Shown in pieces: positions 31,350 through 40,421 of a stretch of DNA of 64,000 nucleotides. The stretch lies in NCBI GenBank assembly GCA_038321985.1, contig JBBQFN010000028.1:1-64000 (forward strand), given 5' to 3'. This DNA is from Cyanophyceae cyanobacterium (GTDB taxonomy: Bacteria > Cyanobacteriota > Cyanobacteriia > Cyanobacteriales > Laspinemataceae). The notes below the pieces were generated by a model. That model saw only the letters and a list, made by a program, of their open reading frames with translations, was not told the origin of the DNA and ran no database searches. Position numbers and translations under genes: made by a program. How positions within the stretch are numbered: the stretch's first letter is position 1; the number at the start of each line of letters is the position of its first letter.

Positions 31350-32483
31350 TTAGGCTAAATTCTGTCCCTCTCTTTTCAGTTGTTCTCGTTCGATCGCCTC
31401 AAATAATGCTTTAAAATTTCCCTCTCCAAATCCTACTGCCTCCCGGCGACGCTCAATGACTTCAAAAAAGAAAGTTGGTTGTTCAAAAATGGGTTGAGTA
31501 AAGGTTTGTAGTAAGAGAGAATCGGGGCTTTCCGGATGCCAATCTACTAAAATTTTTTGTTGTTGTATTTCCTGCCACTCTGCCGAATCTTCATCAAAGC
31601 CCAGACGTTGGCGCAGTCCTAAATAATAGGTGGATGGCACGTCAATAAACGACACCCCATTTTCACACAACTGGGCAACTGTTCCTAAAATATTATTCGT
31701 CCGCAGAGCAATATGCTGAATTCCGGGACCCTGATTCAGTTCTAAAAATTCTTGAATTTGAGAGGTTTCTGAAGTAGGCTCATTAATAGGAAACTGGATT
31801 TGACTATCGGGAGCAATCATGACTTGAGATTGTAATCCAGACCGCTCAGTGTGAATCTCAAAAGTTTGTTTTCTTTGAAATCCCAGAACTTTTTCATACC
31901 AGAATAGGGCCGATTCTAGGTCTCCTTTTTCGACATTTAAAACGAAATGATCAACCTCGATATAGAGACTGTTAGAGGGAGAGTTAGAGGGGGGAGAATT
32001 TATCTTTTCATAGCCCATTGTGTTGTTAATGTTATCCTCAATCCCGAAGGGATAAATTTCATCGGGAATTTTACGGTTATCCCCTGGGTGACAGGAATGA
32101 TGACGTTGAATTAAGGTATGACTTAGTTCTCCCCATCCGGCAATTTTTGCCCATTTTAAGGGGTGGTGAGACTGTTGTTGTTGCATGGGTTGTAAGACTT
32201 TCGCACCAGCCGTCACCGCTTGACGCAAGCAGGATTCTAAATCCTGAACGGCAAAGGCAATATCAGCGACTCCCGGAGGATGGCGATCAAGATATTCTGC
32301 TACAGGACTAGCAACCGATAGGGGTGAAGAGATGGCAAACCGGACTAAACCACTTTGAATTAGTTCGGTACGAGTGTAGCTGTGGGTGAAACTGGCGATC
32401 GCCTCAAATCCCAGACAATCTACGAACCACTCCCGTTGTGCCGTAGCATCTTCAACGTAAAAGTAAATGTGATCAATTTCCAT
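31350..32483 (-). CDS. hppD: 4-hydroxyphenylpyruvate dioxygenase
   Basis: DHFVLNV, QFPINEP, SQIQEFL, GPGIQHIAL, FFFEVIERR, GFGEGNFKALF. Start moved to 32483. Confidence 0.95.
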   Translation of the reverse strand: MEIDHIYFYVEDATAQREWFVDCLGFEAIASFTHSYTRTELIQSGLVRFAISSPLSVASPVAEYLDRHPPGVADIAFAVQDLESCLRQAVTAGAKVLQPMQQQQSHHPLKWAKIAGWGELSHTLIQRHHSCHPGDNRKIPDEIYPFGIEDNINNTMGYEKINSPPSNSPSNSLYIEVDHFVLNVEKGDLESALFWYEKVLGFQRKQTFEIHTERSGLQSQVMIAPDSQIQFPINEPTSETSQIQEFLELNQGPGIQHIALRTNNILGTVAQLCENGVSFIDVPSTYYLGLRQRLGFDEDSAEWQEIQQQKILVDWHPESPDSLLLQTFTQPIFEQPTFFFEVIERRREAVGFGEGNFKALFEAIEREQLKREGQNLA

Positions 32484-32554
32484 GAACCCGATATCACTGC
32501 CCTCAAGGACTCCACTACCCCTTAATTTTACTCGGTCCCTCAAAAAATGACGGC

Positions 32555-34393
32555 TTAAGAAGTCCGGGAAACGAGGGAAACTTGATAAGATTTTCCTGTT
32601 TTTTTGAGTTTAAATACTTGGGTAGAATCCAAAAATTTGGTAAATTTACCCTGGATTTGTAAGGTTTTCATAAGTTGAGTAATCGGAACACCGTACTGGG
32701 TGTTGAATTCACTGGCAAAACTGCTTAAAGGAATTGAATTTTCCGGTGATTTTTCAGTTAATCGGACCAGTAACTCTATCAAATACTTTTCTAAGTCGGC
32801 CGGGGTATTCATCTCAGAAGAAGAGGCAGATATCGTTCCCGAGGTAAGGGTGAAGGAGTTAGGGGTATGGCTGTGTTTCCCCCCGATGATGATGACTTCA
32901 CCCGTTTGGGGAGATTGAGTGAGGGTAAGTCTTGAACTAGATTGTAAGAATTTACTAAAATTTGCCCCGAGTCCTAACTTTTTAATGAGCCAATTCGGGT
33001 TTTGACCGTAAAGTTCTTTAAATTCTGAACCTAACATTCCCGTTGAAATAGTCGTCCCTGGAGATTTCTTTTGCATCGAGGCGACTGCGCGTTCTAATGC
33101 CTGTTCTAATTCTTCTTTACCATTAAAACTGGTGGGGAGTGAACCGGAGGGAACCGCAGCTTGGTTTAAACCGATTGGGGTAGATTCAACAAGGGGACTT
33201 GATGTTAAGCCACTGCAATCAAACAGATTAATGTAAAGTTCTGAATCTCCCGGCACTTGATGTACCACAAAATCATCCGGGCGATCGCAAAAAATATCCC
33301 GCGCTTTTTTCCCGGGTTCCCATGCGATCGCCACTTGACTTAGGGGAATTTTATAATTTTCTTGAAACACAGAACAAATTCGTGAAAATTTAATCCACTG
33401 TTTCCCCCTATTTTTTTGTTCAGTTTTAATAATAGTTTTTAAATAATCTACGCATTGATTCAATGAAACAGTTGGGTTAATTTGCTCCAGTTCATAGGTC
33501 TGTACTTTCCCAGTTTGCGTATTCAAGACCGTTAACTTTTCCCCCTGCTTACGAACTAAATACACTGTTAATCCGTGAGTTTGAAGCGTCGTACATAAAT
33601 GAGTCATGACCCCATCAGACGAACAAACCAAGACCTCCCGGGCATTAGGATAATGAACAAAAATAGAGGAACCAACGGTTGCCATTTTTACATCAGCGCT
33701 ATCTTTTCCCGGAGGAACATGGATGAGTTCATAATGGCGGTTATGGAGTTGAATATCTTTTTTCCCCATCCTTTGCCAATTTGCAAAAGCCATTTTAATC
33801 TGTAATTTATATTGACAAATTTCTTTTAAAAAATTTTCGGTTTCTTCATCCAAAGATAAATTTTCCGCATCTAAAAGTAAAATAGCGATTCCGCCCACGG
33901 TCCAGCTTTTGGCGGTATTAAATTGGGCAGCCATTCCCAGGGAAATAGTTTCCGGTAAATTGAAGCCTAACCGCACGGCAAATTGTTCCCAACTTTGACT
34001 TTTTAGGTCCGATTGAACCGTTAGCCTCTTTGAGGGGAGGGACGAATCTGTACAAACAATTTCGGCGGGAAGTTTAAGTAAGGCCCTAAAATTTTGGATT
34101 AATTCTAAAAATTCAGTAGAAACAAAAAATGGGGGTTTCATCAACGCTTCTAAAAGTTTAATGACTTTCCCGATTAACGAACTGGTATCTGTGGCTTGAC
34201 GTAGTTCAGTCGCTAATTTTTCAGTTAATTTTCCTTGAAACTCTCCCTGATGCCAGGATTGATTCCTAAATTTTTCATTCAGCCATTCTGGATGGCGCTG
34301 ATAGACTATCAATAGGGTTTGGTAAATCGAATGACTTAATGGCGCGATCGCCTCTAATACCTGATTGGCACTCAAACTCGGCTCGTCTGGCAT
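32555..34393 (-). CDS. NYN-domain protein with about three C-terminal OST-HTH/LOTUS-like repeats
   Basis: LLDAENL, AFANW, GKDSADVKM and VCSSD PIN/NYN motifs; repeated S.F...YG......LG....F.KFL units. Confidence 0.75.
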   Translation of the reverse strand: MPDEPSLSANQVLEAIAPLSHSIYQTLLIVYQRHPEWLNEKFRNQSWHQGEFQGKLTEKLATELRQATDTSSLIGKVIKLLEALMKPPFFVSTEFLELIQNFRALLKLPAEIVCTDSSLPSKRLTVQSDLKSQSWEQFAVRLGFNLPETISLGMAAQFNTAKSWTVGGIAILLLDAENLSLDEETENFLKEICQYKLQIKMAFANWQRMGKKDIQLHNRHYELIHVPPGKDSADVKMATVGSSIFVHYPNAREVLVCSSDGVMTHLCTTLQTHGLTVYLVRKQGEKLTVLNTQTGKVQTYELEQINPTVSLNQCVDYLKTIIKTEQKNRGKQWIKFSRICSVFQENYKIPLSQVAIAWEPGKKARDIFCDRPDDFVVHQVPGDSELYINLFDCSGLTSSPLVESTPIGLNQAAVPSGSLPTSFNGKEELEQALERAVASMQKKSPGTTISTGMLGSEFKELYGQNPNWLIKKLGLGANFSKFLQSSSRLTLTQSPQTGEVIIIGGKHSHTPNSFTLTSGTISASSSEMNTPADLEKYLIELLVRLTEKSPENSIPLSSFASEFNTQYGVPITQLMKTLQIQGKFTKFLDSTQVFKLKKTGKSYQVSLVSRTS

Positions 34394-34461
34394 AGCAACT
34401 CCCGTAGAAAGTGACAGTATTCCATCATAATAAAAGACGATAGCTCGATTGATGGATAAAC

Positions 34462-35970
34462 ATGGCAAGAGATTTGCGGGAATTCCTGAACCTCCTAGAA
34501 AATAGAGGACAACTACGGCGGATTAGCACCTGTGTTGACCCGGATTTAGAGATAGCTGAGATTTCCAACCGGATGCTACAAGCCGGAGGACCAGCACTCC
34601 TGTTCGAGAATGTAAAAGGATCGGCGCATCCGGTGGCAATCAACCTCTTAGGGACGGAGGAACGGGTGTGTTGGGCAATGAACATGGACAAACCTCTAGA
34701 ATTAGAGGAACTGGGTAGGAAACTGGCCCTGCTACAACAGCCTAAACCCCCGAAGAAAATTGCTCAGGCGGTAGAGTTTGGAAAACTGCTCTTTGACGTG
34801 CTCAAGGCAAAACCTGGACGGAACTTTTTCCCGGCCTGTCAGCAAGTGGTCATTCAAGGGGATGATTTAGACTTAAGCCAGTTACCCTTAATTCGTCCCT
34901 ATTGCGGAGATGCCGGTAAAATCATCACCTTGGGATTAGTAATTACTAAAGATTGTGAGACGGGAGTTCCTAATGTCGGAGTTTATCGCTTACAATTGCA
35001 ATCTCACAATACAATGACTGTGCATTGGCTCTCTGTCCGTGGTGGGGCCAGACACTTGCGAAAAGCCGCTGAACAGGGTAAAAAATTAGAAATTGCGATC
35101 GCCCTCGGAGTTGATCCCCTAATCATCATGGCTGCTGCCACCCCCATTCCCGTCGATCTGTCAGAATGGCTATTTGCCGGACTGTATGGCGGTTCTGGCG
35201 TCGCCCTAGCCAAATGTAAAACCGTGGATTTAGAAGTCCCGGCAGACTCAGAATTTGTTTTAGAGGGAACCATTACCCCCGGAGAAGTCCTCCCAGACGG
35301 ACCCTTCGGCGACCACATGGGATATTATGGGGGAGTGGAAGATTCGCCCTTGGTTCGCTTCCAGTGCATGACGCATCGCCAAAATCCTGTTTATCTCACA
35401 ACCTTTAGCGGACGTCCCCCGAAAGAAGAAGCGATGATGGCGATCGCCCTCAATCGCATTTATACCCCAATTTTGCGCCAACAAGTCTCAGAAATTGTAG
35501 ACTTTTTCCTACCAATGGAAGCCCTTAGTTACAAAGCGGCTATTATTTCCATTGATAAATCTTATCCCGGTCAAGCACGACGTGCCGCCTTAGCCTTTTG
35601 GAGTGCTTTACCCCAATTTACTTACACTAAATTCGTAATTGTGGTGGATAAAGATATTAATATTCGCGACCCTAGGCAGGTGGTATGGGCCATTTCTTCC
35701 AAAGTTGACCCGGTACGTGATGTGTTTATTTTGCCCCATACTCCCTTTGATAGTTTGGATTTTGCCAGTGAAAAAATTGGATTAGGGGGACGCATGGGCA
35801 TTGATGCCACCACCAAGATTCCTCCAGAAACCGAACATGAATGGGGAGAACCTTTACTGTCGGATCCCGATGTGGCAGCAAGGGTCGATCGCCGCTGGGC
35901 TGAGTATGGTTTAGCTGACTTAAAATTGGCAGAAGTCAATCCCAACTTATTTGGGTATGAAATTAACTAA
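34462..35970 (+). CDS. ubiD: UbiD-family decarboxylase (4-hydroxy-3-prenylbenzoate)
   Basis: DLREFLNLLE, NVGVYRLQ, DGPFGDHMGYY, GRPPKEE, MGIDAT. Confidence 0.93.
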   Translation: MARDLREFLNLLENRGQLRRISTCVDPDLEIAEISNRMLQAGGPALLFENVKGSAHPVAINLLGTEERVCWAMNMDKPLELEELGRKLALLQQPKPPKKIAQAVEFGKLLFDVLKAKPGRNFFPACQQVVIQGDDLDLSQLPLIRPYCGDAGKIITLGLVITKDCETGVPNVGVYRLQLQSHNTMTVHWLSVRGGARHLRKAAEQGKKLEIAIALGVDPLIIMAAATPIPVDLSEWLFAGLYGGSGVALAKCKTVDLEVPADSEFVLEGTITPGEVLPDGPFGDHMGYYGGVEDSPLVRFQCMTHRQNPVYLTTFSGRPPKEEAMMAIALNRIYTPILRQQVSEIVDFFLPMEALSYKAAIISIDKSYPGQARRAALAFWSALPQFTYTKFVIVVDKDINIRDPRQVVWAISSKVDPVRDVFILPHTPFDSLDFASEKIGLGGRMGIDATTKIPPETEHEWGEPLLSDPDVAARVDRRWAEYGLADLKLAEVNPNLFGYEIN

Positions 35971-36513
35971 TCCGGTTAAATTAACGGAAAATTTAGTCAT
36001 AATTTCCGGATGAAATAAAGGATAGATTGGAGTGCGATTGCCACCTTCGCACTCCTTGTCCTGGAGTCACCGGAGGATCACTACCCTCACCTTAAAGGGC
36101 AGAAGCTCACAGAAAAAATCCCGCCTTGGCGGGCTAATTGAATAGTAAAGATATTTGAAAGCTGGATTTAGTATTAAACTGCTTAAGTGTTCTCTTCAAA
36201 CACGCCAACTAGAAAGAGCCAGAAAATTTACCTGACCCCTACCTCCTATGTAATCACTTTAACTTGGCACTTCCGGCTAAATCGGATATCATCATTCTAA
36301 GAAAGAAAATAAAATGGGCTGTTCGTATCACTTGGGTGAGAAAATGGCAGGGAGTCAAGAATAATAAATTAAAGCTAAGGTTAATTTCTATGCCGTTTCA
36401 GTGAAGGGAGTCTCTCCAAAAGCTGGGTGATCCAGGGTTTAAAAATCACTAAAGTTCAGCCAACTGCATAAGTGTGAAGACAACAAGGCCCAAACAGCAT
36501 CTATCCCAAAATC

Positions 36514-38916
36514 ATGAATGATTCTAAGTCAATCTTCAATCTAAATATAGACTCCTACCTGGAGATAGACCCGCTTTCCGGTGAGTTTTCCCCGACGGCA
36601 AACCAGCAATCAGGTTCGGATGGGGATGCACTCTGGCAAAGCCTTGCTGGTAATTTACCAGCGTCCTCTGAAGGGGAAAAAATTAGACTTTGGAAGGAAA
36701 ATTTAGAGTGTCTCAGCCGTTTAGGACAGGGGACAAAACTGTTAATCGCGGCGATTGAACCCGAAAATTTTACAGTCTGTTATGGGAACCCTGCGTTGTG
36801 CCAACTCGCTGGAATTCAGCCCAGTCAGGATCAAAAAAGCCGGGATGATCGCCAAGTATTGTTGCACCAATTGCTTCGAGATCGCCTCAATGAAAACGAT
36901 CGCCAGGACTTGGAACAGTTATATCGGCGTCAGGTGCTGTTGCGAATTCTGCGCGATCGCTATGAACTCGACTTCCAAAATCAATTGGGATGGGAGGAAC
37001 CGGCGATCGTCAGCTTTAATAGCCCAAACTACCCAGAACCCAGGGTGATCGAGTTTTGGGTGAATGTAGAAGGACTCCGAATTATTCCCATCAATCCACA
37101 TCAAGATGAGTTTGCAGATTTACGCCTAGAACCCCACTCAGGACCCGAAAGCCCAGAACGCCTCACGGACCTCTCCACCCTCGAAGGTTTAGAACAACGC
37201 TTATGCTGGGAGAATTACCGACTTGAGGGGTTACTTCTCCTAGAAGGGGTGGATGTAACAGTAAGGGAAACAATTCGGCAGATTTCCCGGTTACTGATTA
37301 GTACCCATTCGATTTTACGTCCTGATCGATTTCGGCAGATTAACCAGCACCTCAAATCCCTGTTTCAATGTGACAATAGCTTTATCCTGAGCACCGAACG
37401 AGATCCAGCCCGACTCTTTGTAGAAACCGAGTCGGGGAATTTAAGCGTAACCAGTTATGCGATCGACTCCTTACAAGGTTCCCACTTCATTCAAGCAGCC
37501 GAAGCCAATCGCGTCTGGAATGTAACCGACTTAAGTACAGATTGGACGGGTGAATGCGAAAAGCAACTGGTAGAGGCGGGAGTGCACTCCCTGTTACTGA
37601 TTCCGCTTGTGGTTCAGGTGAGTGGGAATGATTCTCGATTTGCTCCGCGATCGCCTTGCCAATCCCAGCAAATGGTGGGATTAGTGGGTTTAACGAAGAC
37701 TCATCCCCATCACTTCCATGCCATCGATATTCGCCGGGGAGAGGAACTGATTGCTCCATTTACGGTGGCATTACGCCAAATCGTCCAACAACGGTTGACC
37801 CGCTTTAGCAACATTCATCCTTCTGTAGAGTGGCGGTTTGTACAGGAATTGGAAAGGCGCAGTTGGGGTCTACCACCAGAGGCGATTGTTTTTAGCGAAC
37901 TCTATCCCCTGTATGGGATATCGGATATTCGCGGGTCTTCGGATGAGCGCAACCGAGCAATTGAAGCGGATTTAATCGAACAGTTTCACCTGGGTTTAGG
38001 GGTAGTAGAAGCGGTTTGTGCTACAGAGGGACAGAGTTTTGTGGAACAACTGAAGTTGGATCTCCTAGACCGCATAGATGGGATTCAAAAAGGGGTGACA
38101 GTGGATGGAGAAGTCACGGCGATCGAGTATTTGAAAGACCATCTCGAAGGCTATTTTGACTATTTTTCCCACTGTTCCTCATTAGCGGCTCAGGCGGTGG
38201 AGATTTATCGAGCAGCTTGTGATAACGAACATGAGTGTGTTTATGTGGCGCGATCGCGTTATGACGAGACGGTGAATCAAATTAATGCCCGTCTACGAGA
38301 CACTTGGGAGCTTTGGCAGGTGAGGATGCAAAAAATCATTCCCCACTATTGTGACGTGGAATGTAGCGATGGCATTGATCATATGATTTATGCAGGGGCT
38401 GCGATTAATTCATCGTTTTCTCGCTTTCATTTGCATAGTCTCCGGTATGAGCAGCTTCGAGCAATCTGTGACTGTGCGCGGGTGGCGCTGAGAATTCAAG
38501 AGGATTACCAAACAACCCTGGAAGTAACGCATCTGGTTTTAGTCCAAGATTGCACCGTGGATATTTTCCATGATGAAAAGACAGAAAGACTTTTTGACGT
38601 GCGGGGAACGCGGGATACCCGGTATGAAATTGTCAAAAAACGAATTGACAAGGGAATAGAAGCGCAAACCGGCGATCGGATTACCCAACCCGGGATGTTA
38701 ACCGTGGTTTACGCGACCAGTAAGGAATGGGAAGAATACGAACAGTATTTGCGCTATTTGGCTCGCGAAGGTTGGGTAGGTGGAACTATTGAGTTTGGCA
38801 ATGTTGAACCCCAACCCGGAGTCTCGGGCCTTAAATTTGCCCGAGTGCGCGTTCTACCCGCACTGAGTTCATTACCGGATTTAGCTTTGAATGGAACTCA
38901 ACCCTCCGGTGAGTAA
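36514..38916 (+). CDS. GAF-domain protein with uncharacterised C-terminal domain
   Basis: GVHSLLLIPL..VGLVGL GAF signature; C-terminal IHPSVEWRF, LYGISDIRGSS and YEIVKKRIDK motifs. Confidence 0.75.
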   Translation: MNDSKSIFNLNIDSYLEIDPLSGEFSPTANQQSGSDGDALWQSLAGNLPASSEGEKIRLWKENLECLSRLGQGTKLLIAAIEPENFTVCYGNPALCQLAGIQPSQDQKSRDDRQVLLHQLLRDRLNENDRQDLEQLYRRQVLLRILRDRYELDFQNQLGWEEPAIVSFNSPNYPEPRVIEFWVNVEGLRIIPINPHQDEFADLRLEPHSGPESPERLTDLSTLEGLEQRLCWENYRLEGLLLLEGVDVTVRETIRQISRLLISTHSILRPDRFRQINQHLKSLFQCDNSFILSTERDPARLFVETESGNLSVTSYAIDSLQGSHFIQAAEANRVWNVTDLSTDWTGECEKQLVEAGVHSLLLIPLVVQVSGNDSRFAPRSPCQSQQMVGLVGLTKTHPHHFHAIDIRRGEELIAPFTVALRQIVQQRLTRFSNIHPSVEWRFVQELERRSWGLPPEAIVFSELYPLYGISDIRGSSDERNRAIEADLIEQFHLGLGVVEAVCATEGQSFVEQLKLDLLDRIDGIQKGVTVDGEVTAIEYLKDHLEGYFDYFSHCSSLAAQAVEIYRAACDNEHECVYVARSRYDETVNQINARLRDTWELWQVRMQKIIPHYCDVECSDGIDHMIYAGAAINSSFSRFHLHSLRYEQLRAICDCARVALRIQEDYQTTLEVTHLVLVQDCTVDIFHDEKTERLFDVRGTRDTRYEIVKKRIDKGIEAQTGDRITQPGMLTVVYATSKEWEEYEQYLRYLAREGWVGGTIEFGNVEPQPGVSGLKFARVRVLPALSSLPDLALNGTQPSGE

Positions 38917-39339
38917 GGGGTGGTGATCGCCGTTCAATTAGGGCCGGCAAGATAGATCGAGCCTGGGGCGATCGCACTGTAAGTTGCTCCAGATTGAATT
39001 GACCAGGAGTGCGAGCAATTTCCTGAATTAACCTTAAGCAACTTCCCTCCTCGTTCCCAGGATTTGTCTGCCCCTGCTCCCATTGGAGGCTCGGTCTCCT
39101 TACCTCTTCCGGGCAGAGTCTAGAAATCCACAAAAGATGCAGATTAAATATGCAATAGCTTACCCCCAACCTTCTGAAATTTCTACAAGACCGCACTGAG
39201 GCACAATATCAGTGAAGGAGTAGAGAGTAAGGGCTTAGGACCCCTGGGGTTGTTTCTCTCCACAGTCTCAGGGGGTCACTCATCAAAAAAGAAGGGGGTA
39301 AACGCTCGGGCCACTCTCAGCCCTAAATGATGGGCAAGT

Positions 39340-39726
39340 TTACTCGATTTTCCAACCTTCCTCGGGTAACAGACGACAACCTTTCAATCCTAAAGCGGGA
39401 TTTTGACGATAGTCTTGTTCTGGAACCCAAACATTCACCGTTAGATCAGCTCCTACCGAGTAGATGTATTCTGCATTGGGGTCGTAGTTCATGCTGACTT
39501 TTAGGTTAGAGAAATCATCCTCGCAGATTTCAAAGCCGAAACGAACTACAATCTGGGCTACTAAGCATTCAGGCGTATCGTGGTATTCTCCAGCCGCCTC
39601 TCGTTCTTGGCAAAACTTACCTAGAAAGGGTTTGAGAAGGCGTCGAACTTTCTCCGGTGCTCCATTTCTACTGGCATAGATAATGGCCGGATTTCCTTCT
39701 ACAACGATTTGACAGGGTATAGACAT
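39340..39726 (-). CDS. Hypothetical protein
   Basis: 128-aa ATG ORF with protein-like composition, divergent from the next gene. Confidence 0.65.
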   Translation of the reverse strand: MSIPCQIVVEGNPAIIYASRNGAPEKVRRLLKPFLGKFCQEREAAGEYHDTPECLVAQIVVRFGFEICEDDFSNLKVSMNYDPNAEYIYSVGADLTVNVWVPEQDYRQNPALGLKGCRLLPEEGWKIE

Positions 39727-39915
39727 GGGTGTGATTCCTACTCCTTCGGCAACGGTGCCAATATTTGCGGTACCGTTATCAACATAATATTTTGGCCTAA
39801 AGCCAACCCGTGTCGTTCATTTAAACCCATGAAATTTTTACAGGGTCCTGAAAGACGAGCGTCGATACAGAGGTTGTAACCTCGATCTATCTTAGTGATT
39901 GGAGGAGAATTTGGA

Positions 39916-40335
39916 GTGAATGCAGCAGAACAGGTTAAAAATTTTGAACTCGCCAGCAAGATTGCGGCAGCCGTTAATCTTTTTAAGTTACAGTTTCCTG
40001 ACGTTCGGGCGGATCTCAAGCCTTGGATGAATGACCCGAATACCCAGGAACTGGTGGATCCCGATTCAATTGATATCGGATTTCACTTTCCCGGTTGGAG
40101 TCGCTCATTACACAGCCGAAGTGTTTTAGTTCAAATTCGGTTTCATGAGGACCCTTTGGATGGCGATCGCCGCGCGATCGGAGTTGAAGCGGCAGGTTAT
40201 GACCATCAAGGGCAACAGTGGCGATTTTCAACGGTGGAAAACTGGCGCTTTGTAGGGACCAGTGAGCCTGTTTCGCAGGTGAGGGAGAAGTTGAAAACCT
40301 TTTGTCAGCAGACTTTTGAGTTATTTAATGGGTAA
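39916..40335 (+). CDS. Conserved hypothetical cyanobacterial protein
   Basis: GTG start after GGAGGAG; ADLKPW..DP.T..LVDPDSIDIGFHFPGWS motif. Confidence 0.75.
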   Translation: MNAAEQVKNFELASKIAAAVNLFKLQFPDVRADLKPWMNDPNTQELVDPDSIDIGFHFPGWSRSLHSRSVLVQIRFHEDPLDGDRRAIGVEAAGYDHQGQQWRFSTVENWRFVGTSEPVSQVREKLKTFCQQTFELFNG

Positions 40336-40421
40336 GGTGGGGAGATTGAAAGAGTTTGTAGTAACCACTTTAGGCGTTTCATCTTTGATCCTTAATCCCC
40401 CCCAGTGTCCCCATCCTCCCA

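Noticed and set aside
38831..39196. 121-aa minus-strand ORF and other short antisense ORFs in the track
   Set aside because: They overlap well-supported genes on the opposite strand or lack an RBS and motifs; treated as spurious.
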